64,000 nt of DNA, taken from Dokdonia sp. Lineage in GTDB: Bacteria > Bacteroidota > Bacteroidia > Flavobacteriales > Flavobacteriaceae. The stretch spans positions 867-64,866 of the forward strand of contig JBLHXM010000004.1 of the NCBI GenBank assembly GCA_047630395.1, read 5' to 3'. Shown piece after piece: positions 45,354-56,400 of this stretch. The notes under the pieces were generated by a model. That model did no database searches and was not told the origin of the DNA. It saw only the letters and a list, made by a program, of their open reading frames with translations. The translations under genes and the position numbers were made by a program. The number at the start of each line of letters is the position of its first letter. Position 1 is the first letter of the stretch.

Positions 45354-46706
45354 ATGCGCGTACATTTTATAGCAATAGGAGGAAGTGCCATGCACAATTT
45401 GGCTTTAGCTTTACATCATAAAGGAGAAACAGTAACGGGTAGTGATGATACCATTTTTGAACCTTCAAAATCGCGTTTGGAGAAATATGGTTTGCTGCCA
45501 GGAGCTTTTGGCTGGTATCCGGACAAAGTCACGTCCGATATTGATGCCGTTATCCTAGGTATGCACGCCAAAGAGGATAACCCGGAACTTTTAAAAGCTC
45601 AAGAATTGGGGCTGTCTATTTTCTCCTACCCAGAATACCTATACGAGCAAGCAAAGAATAAAACCAGAGTAGTGATTGGAGGATCGCACGGGAAGACGAC
45701 CATTACTTCCATGATTTTGCATGTCATGCATTATTGGGATAAGGAAGTAGATTATATGGTGGGGGCGCAATTGGAAGGTTTTGATACCATGGTCCGTCTC
45801 ACTGAAGATGCAGATTTTATGATTCTGGAAGGGGATGAGTACCTAAGTAGCCCGATTGACCGTAGGCCTAAATTTCATCTCTATAAACCCAATATTGCGC
45901 TATTAAGTGGTATCGCATGGGATCATATCAACGTATTTCCCACCTTCGAAAACTATGTAGAACAGTTTCAGATCTTTGTTGATAGCATGACTAATGGGGG
46001 TGCACTTATTTACAATACTGAAGATGAAGCGGTGGTTCAAGTAGTGGAAAATACTACAACCCATATTAAACGATACCCTTACGAAACGCCTAACTATACC
46101 GTGGAAGATGGAGAAACCTTATTGGAAACTCCAGATGGTCCAATGCCGATTGAAGTGTTCGGAAAACACAACCTTAATAATTTGGCTGGTGCCAAATGGA
46201 TCTGTCAACATATGGGCATTGTTGAAGCTGATTTTCATGAGGCTATTGCAACCTTCAAAGGAGCGAGCAAACGTCTAGAAAAGATCGCTGAAAGCACGAC
46301 AAATGTCGCCTATAAAGATTTTGCACACAGTCCGTCGAAAGTAGCGGCAACCACAAAAGCGGTAAAAGAGCAATATGCAAATCGTCAGCTCCTAGCTTGC
46401 CTTGAATTGCATACCTATAGCAGTTTGAATCCTGAATTTTTAAAAGAATACAAAGGAGCGCTCGATGACGCCGATACAGCAGTAGTTTTTTATTCTCCGC
46501 ATGCCGTGGAGATTAAAAAACTAGAAGCAATTAGTGCGGAACAGATAGCAAATGCCTTTGATAGAGATGATCTCATCATCTATACGGACCCAGCAGCCTT
46601 TAAAGATTTTCTCTTTAGCCAGAAAATGGAAAATACCGCGCTCTTACTCATGAGTAGCGGAGATTACGGAGGCTTGGACTTTGAAGAGGTGAAAGAGCTA
46701 CTATGA
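45354..46706 (+). CDS. mpl: UDP-N-acetylmuramate:L-Ala-gamma-D-Glu-meso-DAP ligase (murein peptide ligase)
   Basis: Mur-ligase P-loop 'GGSHGKTTITSM'. The N-terminal 'HFIAIGGSAMHNLALAL' is typical of Mpl. Confidence 0.75.
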   Translation: MRVHFIAIGGSAMHNLALALHHKGETVTGSDDTIFEPSKSRLEKYGLLPGAFGWYPDKVTSDIDAVILGMHAKEDNPELLKAQELGLSIFSYPEYLYEQAKNKTRVVIGGSHGKTTITSMILHVMHYWDKEVDYMVGAQLEGFDTMVRLTEDADFMILEGDEYLSSPIDRRPKFHLYKPNIALLSGIAWDHINVFPTFENYVEQFQIFVDSMTNGGALIYNTEDEAVVQVVENTTTHIKRYPYETPNYTVEDGETLLETPDGPMPIEVFGKHNLNNLAGAKWICQHMGIVEADFHEAIATFKGASKRLEKIAESTTNVAYKDFAHSPSKVAATTKAVKEQYANRQLLACLELHTYSSLNPEFLKEYKGALDDADTAVVFYSPHAVEIKKLEAISAEQIANAFDRDDLIIYTDPAAFKDFLFSQKMENTALLLMSSGDYGGLDFEEVKELL

Positions 46707-47359
46707 GAAAAGGGGTTGGCATTATAGTATTGTTTTTTGCTATCGGGAGTTGTCTTGGACAAACGCAGTATACCTTTGATCATATCGTGATTAAGGAGAT
46801 TTTAAACAGTGAAGATTCAGAAGCCAATGAAGGACAAACGGGAAAGCGCTTCTATCTTGTCAACGCTTCCACAGATGATTACGGCGCTGAGGTTGGTTTA
46901 CTGCCATCGGGGAAATATTTTATTCAACTAAAGGATAAGAAACATAATATTTTTGGTAGAGGAATTATTTCTAAGGATGCTTTTTTAAATAACGAAACCT
47001 ATGTGATAAAGGGCTCCTATACATCTAAATTCCCCAGAGTAAATGGTCGTATGAGACGATCCAAACGCACTATCGATTCAATAAGTCCAAGTCAAACACT
47101 GTGGCAATTTTCGCGTAAGCTTACATCCAAAAAAAACACAAGGGTCATAGACGAATACAGGATAGATACGGAGCGTTTTAAAACCTTTCAATCTAAAGGC
47201 TTTGATCGATTCAAGCGTCGCGGAAATCGTAGGTTTGATGGCTGGGTTACTTCCTATAGATGTTTAGAAGAAGAAGGCGAGGTGCTATCACATTGGGTAG
47301 TAGACACGATTATACCTGTAAAACGTATTGTTTCTTATGATCTAGTACTCAATAATTAA
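46703..47359 (+). CDS. hypothetical lipoprotein
   Basis: Signal/lipobox 'FFAIGSC'. The start overlaps the mpl stop (ATGA). No recognisable domain. Confidence 0.4.
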   Translation: MRKGVGIIVLFFAIGSCLGQTQYTFDHIVIKEILNSEDSEANEGQTGKRFYLVNASTDDYGAEVGLLPSGKYFIQLKDKKHNIFGRGIISKDAFLNNETYVIKGSYTSKFPRVNGRMRRSKRTIDSISPSQTLWQFSRKLTSKKNTRVIDEYRIDTERFKTFQSKGFDRFKRRGNRRFDGWVTSYRCLEEEGEVLSHWVVDTIIPVKRIVSYDLVLNN

Positions 47360-47397
47360 TCATTTGTAATATGCTTTAAAAGCCTTAGGGAGTTTTC

Positions 47398-47838
47398 TTA
47401 AACGCCAAATTGTGTAAGGTGATGGTCTAAATGCTTGTATTCTAGCTTGCCCCACTGCTCCGGTGTAAATTTCCCAAACATAGGATGTGTTTGCCATTCG
47501 GTCTGTGTTCGCTTTTCATAAAATGCATCTATCATAGAAACCAAGGTGTCACGTTCGGTATTGAGTACGCGCTCATCTGTAATCTTAGCCAAAGGAGCGG
47601 TAGGTAAGTTTTTGCGCCAAGGTTTGTCAGTGTAGAGCGATTTCTTAAACAATAACGGTAAAGGATTCAACATGCGCTTGCGTGGTTTATCGCTCAAGGC
47701 CACTTTCAATGGGAATTGACAATGTGCTACCATTTGTCCCACGTTCATCTTTCCCCAACTGGGCGTATGCTCATTTGTGAGGGTGTTGATACGCGTTTTG
47801 ATTTCTTGATACACAGTTTCTTCAAAAAGGGATTTCAT
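47398..47838 (-). CDS. DUF1569 (DinB-superfamily) protein
   Basis: 'WGKMNVGQMVAHCQFP' and a C-terminal 'KHLDHHLTQFGV' His-rich motif. It is a paralogue of the PaaZ C-terminal extension. Confidence 0.65.
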   Translation of the reverse strand: MKSLFEETVYQEIKTRINTLTNEHTPSWGKMNVGQMVAHCQFPLKVALSDKPRKRMLNPLPLLFKKSLYTDKPWRKNLPTAPLAKITDERVLNTERDTLVSMIDAFYEKRTQTEWQTHPMFGKFTPEQWGKLEYKHLDHHLTQFGV

Positions 47839-47950
47839 AGGTGGGTACGGTTAAAGCGAGTACTTTCATGAATATTCCATTACTCATCTGTCGATATGGT
47901 ATGTCTCGGATATTTCTCTGTTAAATTTACAACCTTTATCGTAAAGATTC

Positions 47951-48649
47951 ATGACAAGAACAAAGGCATCTTTTACTATTAAGGACTGGTCTCAAAACGA
48001 TCGGCCCAGAGAGAAATTACTCGACAAAGGACGCAGTGCTTTGACAGATGCCGAGTTGGTAGCCATCTTAATTGCCTCTGGAAGTAGAAAGGAAAGCGCG
48101 GTGGATTTGAGTCGGCGTATCTTGGCTTCCGTTGACAATAATTTGTCGGAGTTGGGAAAGCTTTCGGTAGAGGATTTGCAGCAGTTTAATGGAATTGGTA
48201 TGGCCAAAGGAGTCACTATTGTGGCGGCTTTAGAATTGGGGCGCAGAAGGAGGGATGGAGTTGCGCTTTCGCGAAAGCGTATATCTTCAAGTAAATCTGT
48301 CTTCGACCTACTACAACCTATCTTGGGAGATTTACCACATGAAGAGTTTTGGATTCTTTATTTAAATAATTCAAACAAGGTTCTTCAAAAGCAACAACTC
48401 AGTAAAGGCGGGATTACTGGAACATTGGTTGATCCCCGATTAGTGCTTAAAGTAGCTTTGGCATTGGGAGCTGTAGCCCTGATTTTGGCACATAATCATC
48501 CTTCGGGAACATTAAAGCCCAGTACTTCCGACAAGCAACTTACCGCTAAATTGAAGAAGGCGGCAGAGAGTCTGGATATCCGAGTTTTGGACCATGTAAT
48601 TGTAACGGAAAAGGCGTATTTTAGCTTTGCCGATGAAGGCTTGCTATAA
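47951..48649 (+). CDS. radC: RadC-family JAB-domain protein
   Basis: HhH region 'LQQFNGIGMAKG' and JAMM motif 'ILAHNHPSGTLKPSTSD'. Confidence 0.85.
   Translation: MTRTKASFTIKDWSQNDRPREKLLDKGRSALTDAELVAILIASGSRKESAVDLSRRILASVDNNLSELGKLSVEDLQQFNGIGMAKGVTIVAALELGRRRRDGVALSRKRISSSKSVFDLLQPILGDLPHEEFWILYLNNSNKVLQKQQLSKGGITGTLVDPRLVLKVALALGAVALILAHNHPSGTLKPSTSDKQLTAKLKKAAESLDIRVLDHVIVTEKAYFSFADEGLL
48264..48279. repeat. palindrome, exact, 16 bp
   Basis: Inside radC, read as L-S-R-K-R. Confidence 0.95.
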
Positions 48650-48665
48650 TCTGTCCAACCACTTC

Positions 48666-49952
48666 ATGCTTCTTGTTTATACCCACAAAATTACACCGCG
48701 ACTGACCTATGTTTTTAAGCATATCTGTGGCCGTATGTTGGGTATGTCTGTAGGGTTTACGACAAAAGTGGAGGAAGTCGTTGCTCATGATGGTCCTAAG
48801 CTGTCGTATACACACAAACGTCTGGGCAATGAACTGCATATAAAAAGTAGCGAGCTGCTCTTTGAGCAAGGTATTATGGATGCGCAGATAAAAATTGGAG
48901 ATTGGGAAGGAATTCCTGCCTTTTTTACAACGAGTGAAGCGAGTGTTTTGCCTTACGATATTTTTGCAGCAAGTTTTTACTTGTTGAGTCGATATGAAGA
49001 ATACTTACCGCATGTTAAAGATGAATTAGGAAGATATCCTGCCACAGAAAGTCTCGCCTACGCTCATAAATTTTTAGACACACCAATTATTGATGAATGG
49101 GTGCAGCGTTTTCGTTTGGCACTTCAAACGGCCTACCCCGATGCCACGTTTACAGTACCCAAAATGAAATCCATGGTCCTCATTGAGGTGGCACAGGCAT
49201 TTGCATTCAAAAAACTGGGTTTTCTCCGAACAGTAGCAGGATTTTGGGCCGATTTTTTTAAGTTTCGCTTAAAGCGAAATTTTACGCGTGTCAATGTACT
49301 CTTAGGATTGCGAAAGGATCCTTCAGATACCTTTACTTGGTTAAATAATGTCCAAAAACAAAGCGCTATTCCTTTTCAGTACTTTTTTGAGTTAGGCGAT
49401 TTCTCACAGGAAAGTCGAAACATCAAATACAGCAAAGCGACTTTTCAATCGCTGATTAAAATGGTAGGCGATTATAGCCGTGTTGGATTGCTTATATCGC
49501 AGCTGGCAGGAAAAGAAATGGATCAATTAAAAGTTGAAAAAGGGAGGTTAGAGGGTATCGTTAATAGGAATTTGAAGAGTGTCCAAGTAGCTCATAAACT
49601 CCTGCAGCTTCCCGATACCTATCGCAATAGTATCGATCAAGAAATCACTGAAGATTATAGTATGGCCTATGCAAAGCAACCTGGGTTTAGAGCAGGAACG
49701 TGTACGCCTTTTTTGTTTTATGACCTCGACTACGAAATTCAAACGCCGCTACTGTTGTATCCGTTATGTATAGAAGATCATCACATTGTTGATGGAAGTC
49801 GAGGGATAGTAGACACTGTTACCTTTGAAGCCTTACGAGCGAAAGTTCGCGCGGTAGGAGGTGTATTTATAGTAGGTTTCTCTAACACCTCCTTTACAAA
49901 TTTACAGAGCAAAGAATTGTTTAAAAAAATAGTATTCCATGAAACTGACTAA
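48666..49952 (+). CDS. conserved hypothetical protein (possibly polysaccharide-deacetylase-like)
   Basis: 428-aa ORF. The N-terminal 'LLVYTHKITPRLTYVFKHI' and 'LPYDIFAASFYLLSRYEEYLP' motifs look familiar from Bacteroidota proteins, but I cannot verify the family. Confidence 0.35.
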   Translation: MLLVYTHKITPRLTYVFKHICGRMLGMSVGFTTKVEEVVAHDGPKLSYTHKRLGNELHIKSSELLFEQGIMDAQIKIGDWEGIPAFFTTSEASVLPYDIFAASFYLLSRYEEYLPHVKDELGRYPATESLAYAHKFLDTPIIDEWVQRFRLALQTAYPDATFTVPKMKSMVLIEVAQAFAFKKLGFLRTVAGFWADFFKFRLKRNFTRVNVLLGLRKDPSDTFTWLNNVQKQSAIPFQYFFELGDFSQESRNIKYSKATFQSLIKMVGDYSRVGLLISQLAGKEMDQLKVEKGRLEGIVNRNLKSVQVAHKLLQLPDTYRNSIDQEITEDYSMAYAKQPGFRAGTCTPFLFYDLDYEIQTPLLLYPLCIEDHHIVDGSRGIVDTVTFEALRAKVRAVGGVFIVGFSNTSFTNLQSKELFKKIVFHETD

Positions 49953-50628
49953 CGTTGATCACGTATTTTTTGATTTGGACCATACCTTATGGGATTTTGA
50001 TAAAAATTCTGGTTTGGCCTACGCCAAAATTTTTGAAAAACATGCCATTCAGGCTGACCTGGCTACTTTTTTAAGTATTTATGAGCCTATAAATTTTCAG
50101 TATTGGAAATGGTATCGCGAAGATCGAGTTACTAAAAAACAGCTGCGTTATGGTAGGCTGAAAAAAACCTTTGAAGTGCTTAAAATGAAGGTAAATGATA
50201 CGCTCATAGATCGCCTTTCTGAAGATTATATTACCTTTCTTCCAGATCATAACCATTTGTTTGAAGGGACGCTTGAAATCTTGGACTATTTGAATGAAAG
50301 GTATACGTTGCATATAATCACAAATGGTTTTCACGAGGTTCAGCATCAAAAATTAAATAATTCAAATATTGCACCCTATTTTGAGACTGTTACCTCTAGT
50401 GAAGCGGTAGGCGTTAAAAAGCCTAATCCAAAAATTTTCCATCATGCTTTGCAGGTGGCAGGTGCAAATTCGGAGCAAAGTGTAATGATCGGTGATACGT
50501 ATGAGGCTGATATTCTTGGAGCACATAGTGTAGAAATGCGCAGTATTTGCTTCAATTATCACAAGGCGAGTATGCCTTCTGAGCAGCGCGTGATTGACAA
50601 ACTTATAGAGATCAAGAAGTATCTTTAA
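49939..50628 (+). CDS. HAD-superfamily hydrolase (YjjG-like nucleotidase type)
   Basis: Motif I 'VFFDLDHTLWDF' (DxDxT), motif III 'KKPNPKIF' and motif IV 'IGDTYEADILG'. Confidence 0.75.
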   Translation: MKLTNVDHVFFDLDHTLWDFDKNSGLAYAKIFEKHAIQADLATFLSIYEPINFQYWKWYREDRVTKKQLRYGRLKKTFEVLKMKVNDTLIDRLSEDYITFLPDHNHLFEGTLEILDYLNERYTLHIITNGFHEVQHQKLNNSNIAPYFETVTSSEAVGVKKPNPKIFHHALQVAGANSEQSVMIGDTYEADILGAHSVEMRSICFNYHKASMPSEQRVIDKLIEIKKYL

Positions 50629-50675
50629 CAATATTTGACACGTTGATGGCGTTGTTTGTTTAAATACCCTTCATT

Positions 50676-51233
50676 ATGAAATCCTACCTCCATCTCAAAC
50701 TCATCTTAGGGGTTCTTAGCCTTATTATATGTGTTTCTTGTGTTAAAGATGTCGATTTTGACCAGGCAGAGGAGATCATAATTGCTCCAAAAGTAGATCT
50801 GGATCTTGTCTTTTTTAACCTCGGTACAGATAACTTCGTAGCCTCTGATGCTGGAATACCCGTGACTGTTATTCGTGATACTACACGCCTTGAATTTCTG
50901 GACGATACTTTTGTAAGAGAGAACCTCCTGGAAATAGATTTTGTGTTCCGATATGATAATAGTTTTCCACAAGTCTTTGAACATCGAGCACTTTTCCTAG
51001 ATGAGGAAGATGAGGTGCTATATGCCGTCACCTTTGATGTAGATCCATCTCTGGACGGAATGGTAACTACAACCCTCTATACACAAACCGTGGCCGAGCC
51101 TGATTTAGATGCGATTCGGAACTCCATAAAAATGCTAATCGAACTGACATTAGAACCCAATGGTGATCCTGTTGTTGGTGCGCTAAGGCATCAAAGCAAA
51201 GCCTTGTATTCCCTTGAATTTGGAGATCTGTAG
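50676..51233 (+). CDS. hypothetical lipoprotein
   Basis: Lipobox 'IICVSC'. It is the first gene of a tightly packed four-gene envelope unit. Confidence 0.4.
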   Translation: MKSYLHLKLILGVLSLIICVSCVKDVDFDQAEEIIIAPKVDLDLVFFNLGTDNFVASDAGIPVTVIRDTTRLEFLDDTFVRENLLEIDFVFRYDNSFPQVFEHRALFLDEEDEVLYAVTFDVDPSLDGMVTTTLYTQTVAEPDLDAIRNSIKMLIELTLEPNGDPVVGALRHQSKALYSLEFGDL

Positions 51234-51234
51234 G

Positions 51235-52626
51235 ATGAGATTTCTTCTACTCCTAGGGGCTATGTGCTTCACGTTCACAGCCATTGCTCAAAACAAGCAG
51301 CTTTTGTATAATGTTGATGATTTGCCTCAGACCTTGCTTTTAAATCCTGGCGCAGAAATATCTTTTGAAAAGCATATTGGCATTCCTTTTTTCTCTGGAG
51401 TTTCTCTTACGGTTGGTTCATCAGGAGTAAGTGTGTATGATATCTTTCAAGAAGGTGGAGATATCAATACACGTATTGCGACCGCCATTCGTTCTCTCGA
51501 TAAAAAGGATTTTTTTACAGTGAATCAACAACTTGAAATATTTTCTTTTGGATGGAAACCGGCCTTTAAGGAGCATTACTTCTCTGTTGGGGTTTACCAA
51601 GAGTTGGATGCGATTGTATACTTTCCTAAAGATCTGGCGGTACTTGCCTATGAGGGTAACGCAGGTTATATCAATACCCCTTTTACATTTAATGACCTCT
51701 CTGTTGCTGCCGAGGCGTTGACCGTGTATCATTTTGGGGTGAGTAAACCCATCAATAAGAAACTGCGTTTGGGAGCTCGCTTAAAATTGTATTCAAGTAT
51801 CATCAATGTGAATAGTACAAATAACCAAGGTCAATTTATTACAAGAACGACCCCAGATGGACCTAATTTTTATAGTCACGAAGTGCAAAATGCCAATGTA
51901 GTGGCCAATACTTCAGGAATACTATCCTTAACGGAAGGAAATGGAAGTCCAATCACAGCAGCAGTGTTGAGTGGTAACATAGGAATGGGTTTAGATGTAG
52001 GCGGTACATATCGAGTAAATGATCGATGGACTGTGACAGCGAGCGTTTTAGATTTTGGAGCCGTGCGTCATGCTAAAGATCTACGTAATTATGAATTCAA
52101 AGGCGATTATGCTTTAGAGGGAATAGAATTTGAATTTCCTGCTATTTTGGATGGCACTGTGACGACACCTTATTGGCAAAATTTGGAAGATGAAATTGAG
52201 GCGCAACTTCCTTTCAAGGACGAGCTTACGCGGAAATATGTCACTTGGCGTCCACTCAAAGTCAATGCCTCCTTAAATTATGGTTTTGGAACCAATCTCT
52301 ATGGGGATTGTGATTGTACTAATGGGGGGGAGAACAAACACGAAAATAATGTCGGGATTCAACTGTATGCTGTCAAACGTCCGCAGGCGCCCCAAACGGC
52401 AATTACGGCCTATTATGATCGGCGGTGGACAGGCTATTTAAGATCCAAAGTGACCTATACAGCAGATGCCTTTTCAAAACGTAATGTAGGCCTCTTGCTT
52501 TCGGCGAACATTAACAAATTTAATGTTTATCTTGCAGCAGATAATTTGTTGGAATATCCCAATCTAGCCAAGGCATACAACGCTTCTTTGCAAATTGGAT
52601 TCCAATTGACGTTTGACCCTAATTGA
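51235..52626 (+). CDS. putative outer-membrane beta-barrel protein
   Basis: Signal peptide 'FTFTAIAQ' starting at ATG 51235 (1-nt gap after the upstream stop). Beta-strand-rich with a terminal 'GFQLTFDPN'. Confidence 0.4.
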   Translation: MRFLLLLGAMCFTFTAIAQNKQLLYNVDDLPQTLLLNPGAEISFEKHIGIPFFSGVSLTVGSSGVSVYDIFQEGGDINTRIATAIRSLDKKDFFTVNQQLEIFSFGWKPAFKEHYFSVGVYQELDAIVYFPKDLAVLAYEGNAGYINTPFTFNDLSVAAEALTVYHFGVSKPINKKLRLGARLKLYSSIINVNSTNNQGQFITRTTPDGPNFYSHEVQNANVVANTSGILSLTEGNGSPITAAVLSGNIGMGLDVGGTYRVNDRWTVTASVLDFGAVRHAKDLRNYEFKGDYALEGIEFEFPAILDGTVTTPYWQNLEDEIEAQLPFKDELTRKYVTWRPLKVNASLNYGFGTNLYGDCDCTNGGENKHENNVGIQLYAVKRPQAPQTAITAYYDRRWTGYLRSKVTYTADAFSKRNVGLLLSANINKFNVYLAADNLLEYPNLAKAYNASLQIGFQLTFDPN

Positions 52627-52634
52627 TATTTTAA

Positions 52635-53480
52635 ATGAAGCATTTTATTATTACCGTGCTAACAATTTTTGTTAGCTTTTCTTCTGTCGCACAAAGCATC
52701 CATGATTATGAATATGTCCTTGTGCCTGTCCAGTATGATTTCTTAAGTTACGCGGATAAATATCAACTCAATTCGCTAACGGTCTTTCTATTCAAGAGAG
52801 AAGGATTTAAGGTGTATAATAACACTATCGAAAATCTTCCTGCAGCGGTTGCCGCTAATAAATGCAAAGCCCTTTATGCAAATGTCAAAGATAACTCTGG
52901 CGTTATACGTACTCGTTTACAAATCGAACTCAAGGATTGTGACGGTACTGTGATTTTTGTTTCAGAGGTAGGTGATAGCAAATTAAAGGATTTCACAAAA
53001 GCTCATCATCAAGCATTACGAGAAGCTTTTATGTCTGTTGAAGATTTGAATTATACATTTAAACCCAAGACTTCAGAAGCTCCTAAGGTACAGAGTGCTG
53101 TCACAGATGTTGCTTCCATAACAAAGAAGGAAGTGAAAAAAAAGGAGAAAGAAACAGTGGTCACTCGCCAAAATGTCCCAATTACAATTACGCATAAATC
53201 TTCACCACAAGTGCTGGATGTTCCGTCAAAAACGATAGAGACTCCTGTCATCTACAAGAGTGAGAATAGTAACTATAGCCTCGTTAAAAAAGAGGAGAAC
53301 TATGTTATTTATGATGATTCATTCATTATAGGAAAAGCCGAAGCAACTTCGGAAGGTCAATTTTTAATCAGTACGTCATCCTTTAATGGTGTGGGACGCT
53401 TAGAAGGCGATTCCTTTATTATAGATCGTCAAATTAAAGGCGTTAATGGACTGGTACAAATGATTTTTACAAAGGAATAA
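52635..53480 (+). CDS. hypothetical secreted protein
   Basis: Signal peptide 'VSFSSVAQ'. No recognisable domain. Confidence 0.4.
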   Translation: MKHFIITVLTIFVSFSSVAQSIHDYEYVLVPVQYDFLSYADKYQLNSLTVFLFKREGFKVYNNTIENLPAAVAANKCKALYANVKDNSGVIRTRLQIELKDCDGTVIFVSEVGDSKLKDFTKAHHQALREAFMSVEDLNYTFKPKTSEAPKVQSAVTDVASITKKEVKKKEKETVVTRQNVPITITHKSSPQVLDVPSKTIETPVIYKSENSNYSLVKKEENYVIYDDSFIIGKAEATSEGQFLISTSSFNGVGRLEGDSFIIDRQIKGVNGLVQMIFTKE

Positions 53481-56400
53481 TGAAAAAAGTATTCGGTCTC
53501 ATCGCTTTAGGTCTCATGCTAAGCTGTGGGGAGAATTCCACCGAAAAGGCGGTTTCAGAAGACAGCCCAACGGTAATTCAGGAGGTTGCTAACCTCTTTG
53601 AACAAATACCTTCCTCCCAAAGTGGAATTACCTTTGCCAATACACTTAAGGAAAACGTCGGTACTTTAGAAAATCTATTTGATTTTGATTATTTCTATAA
53701 CGGAGCTGGTGTTGGCATAGTCGACGTTAATAACGACGGACTACAAGATCTTTTCTTTACAGGTAACCAGGTTGAAAACAAACTTTATCTCAATAAAGGA
53801 AACTTGCAATTCGAAGATATTTCCGAAAGCGCAGGAGTCAACGTAGGTAAGCAATGGGCAAATGGTGTCACCTTTGCCGATGTCAATAATGACGGATGGA
53901 TGGATATCTACGTATCCCAAGGTGGTCCCAAACAAGCTATAGATAGAAAAAATGTATTATACCTCAATGAGGAAGGGGTACGCTTTCGCGAAAGCGCACA
54001 AAGTCTCAATATTGCCGATGATGGTATCAGTACCCAGTCCATATTCTTTGATTATGATAATGATGGCGATTTGGATCTTGTAGTGTCCAACGAAAATGAA
54101 TTTTATGGTCTCGATCCTCAACGCTTCTTTAAAACAATGGAGATCGAAAAGAACCTCGCCAAGAGTTCTGTTCAGCTCTATGAAAATACAGGGAATTCAT
54201 ATGTAAAAGTGACTAAAAAAGCGGGTCTGCTAAAACCTTCTTTTGGCTTAGGTCCCATTGTAAGTGATATTAATAATGATGGCTGGTTGGATATTTATGT
54301 AGCCAATGATTATTATGTGCCTGACGTGATGTACATCAATAATGGAGATGGCACGTTTACCGATAAAATAAAAGAACAAACCAAGCAAGTTTCCTTCTAC
54401 GGTATGGGTGTAGATATTGCAGATATCAACAACGATAATCTACAAGATATCTTTGTGCTGGACATGGCTGCCAGTGATCATGTGCGCTCCAAAACCTTAA
54501 TGGCAAGCATGAATGAAGATCGCTTTAATATGCTCGTAGATGATTTTGGATTTGCACACCAGTATATGTTCAATTCGTTGCAATTGAATCAAGGAAATGG
54601 GAAATTTCATAATGTGGTGCAACAAGCACACATGGCAAAAACCGACTGGAGTTGGGCAGGCCTTATCGCCGATTTGGATAATGATAGTTGGCGAGATGTT
54701 TATGTAACCAATGGCTATCGTCGATATGCATTGGATAATGATTTACAAGGTCAAGTACGAGAAACCCAACGGGCTTTTCAAGGCAAAGTGCCCTTGGACG
54801 TAAAGCAGAAATTGTATGATGCGATGCCCACTGAGAAACTGAGTAACATCATGTTTCACAACAAAGGCGATATCAACTTTAAAAATGTAGCTTACCAATG
54901 GGGCTTGGCGGCTCCTTCCTATTCTAATGGTGGTGCTTACGCCGATTTAGACAATGATGGAGATCTTGAGTTGGTTGTGAGTAATATCGACGACGAAGCA
55001 TTCTTATTTAAAAACAATGCTTCCGAGAAGAAAATAGGAAATTATGTGCGTGTAAATCTCAAAGGAAGCACCTCAGAACCCTTTGCTAAAATTACGATAC
55101 AGTATGGGGCCGAAGAACAAGTGTATGAAGTAAAGAGAACCAAAGGGTATCTTTCGGCGACGGAGAACGTGGCGCATTTTGGATTGGGAACGATTACGTC
55201 AATAGATAAAATTAAGGTGCATTGGTTGTCCGGAAAAGTGGAAGAACGAACGAATGTAGATGTAAATAGAGTATTACTATTTGATGAGGTAGATGCGACA
55301 GGGAATGCGCTTGCTGTCTTTGGAAAAAAAATCTATACAGAAGGTTCGTACGCTTTCGCGAAAGCAACTCCAATAGGATTACAATTCACACACAAAGAGA
55401 ATACGTATAATGACTTCTCGCTAGAAGTTTTATTGCCGTACAAACAATCTACTTTAGGGCCAGCGATGGCCAAAGGAGATGCGAATGGTGACGGATTGGA
55501 AGACATATATGTAGGTGGTGCGTCGGGACAAGCTGGCGTGTTGTTTCTACAAAACGCGACTGGATTTAAGAAATCCTTGCAGCCCGCTTTTGCAAAGAGT
55601 GCGGCATCTGAAGATATGGAATCCTTGTTTTTTGATGCCGATGGTGATGGCGATCAAGACTTGGTCGTCGTGAGTGGTGGAAATACTTTGGAAGATGGCG
55701 CCGCAGCGTATAAAAATCGCTTGTATTTGAACACAGAGGGAGTATTTAAATCGTCTGACCTAGGGGACGATGCTACCAGCAGTAAATCGATCGCTGCTAT
55801 TGATTACGATGCCGATGGTGATGCAGATCTCATTGTGGGGAATCGTATACAACCGCATCACTTTCCGGTGAGTGCACCGTCAATCATATATCGAAATGAT
55901 AGTGGCGTTTTTACCGATGTAACAGAGCGTGTTGCGCCAGGATTGAAGGACTTTGGAATTGTCAATAAGGTTATTCAAACCGACTTTGATGCTGATGGAG
56001 ATCCTGATTTTATGGTGGTAGGGGAGTGGACGCATATTGGAATGTTTCAGAATAACAATGGTGTTTTTGAAGAGGTTTCAAAGGAGTATGGCGTAGATCA
56101 ACAAAAAGGGTGGTGGTTTACAATCACTGAGACGGATGTTAATAAAGATGGTTTGCCAGATTATATTGTTGGTAATATTGGAGCCAATGTCAAGTATAAA
56201 GCAAGTGTAGCGAAACCTTTTAAAGTTTTTGCTAGTGATTTTGATGATAATGGCACCTTTGACCTTGTATTGAGCAATGAGTATAATGGGAATTACGTGC
56301 CTGCTCGTGGAAAAGAATGTAGCACACAACAGATGCCTTTTGTCTCTGATAAGTTTGAAACCTACGCCGATTTTGCCAATGCCACTTTGAGTGATATTTA

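Noticed and set aside
1401-55365. AFAKA as a shared protein motif or domain.
   Set aside because: The host proteins are unrelated. The identical nucleotide string is also read as FRES and LSRK, and it occurs in non-coding DNA. The codons never vary. The signal is therefore at the DNA level.
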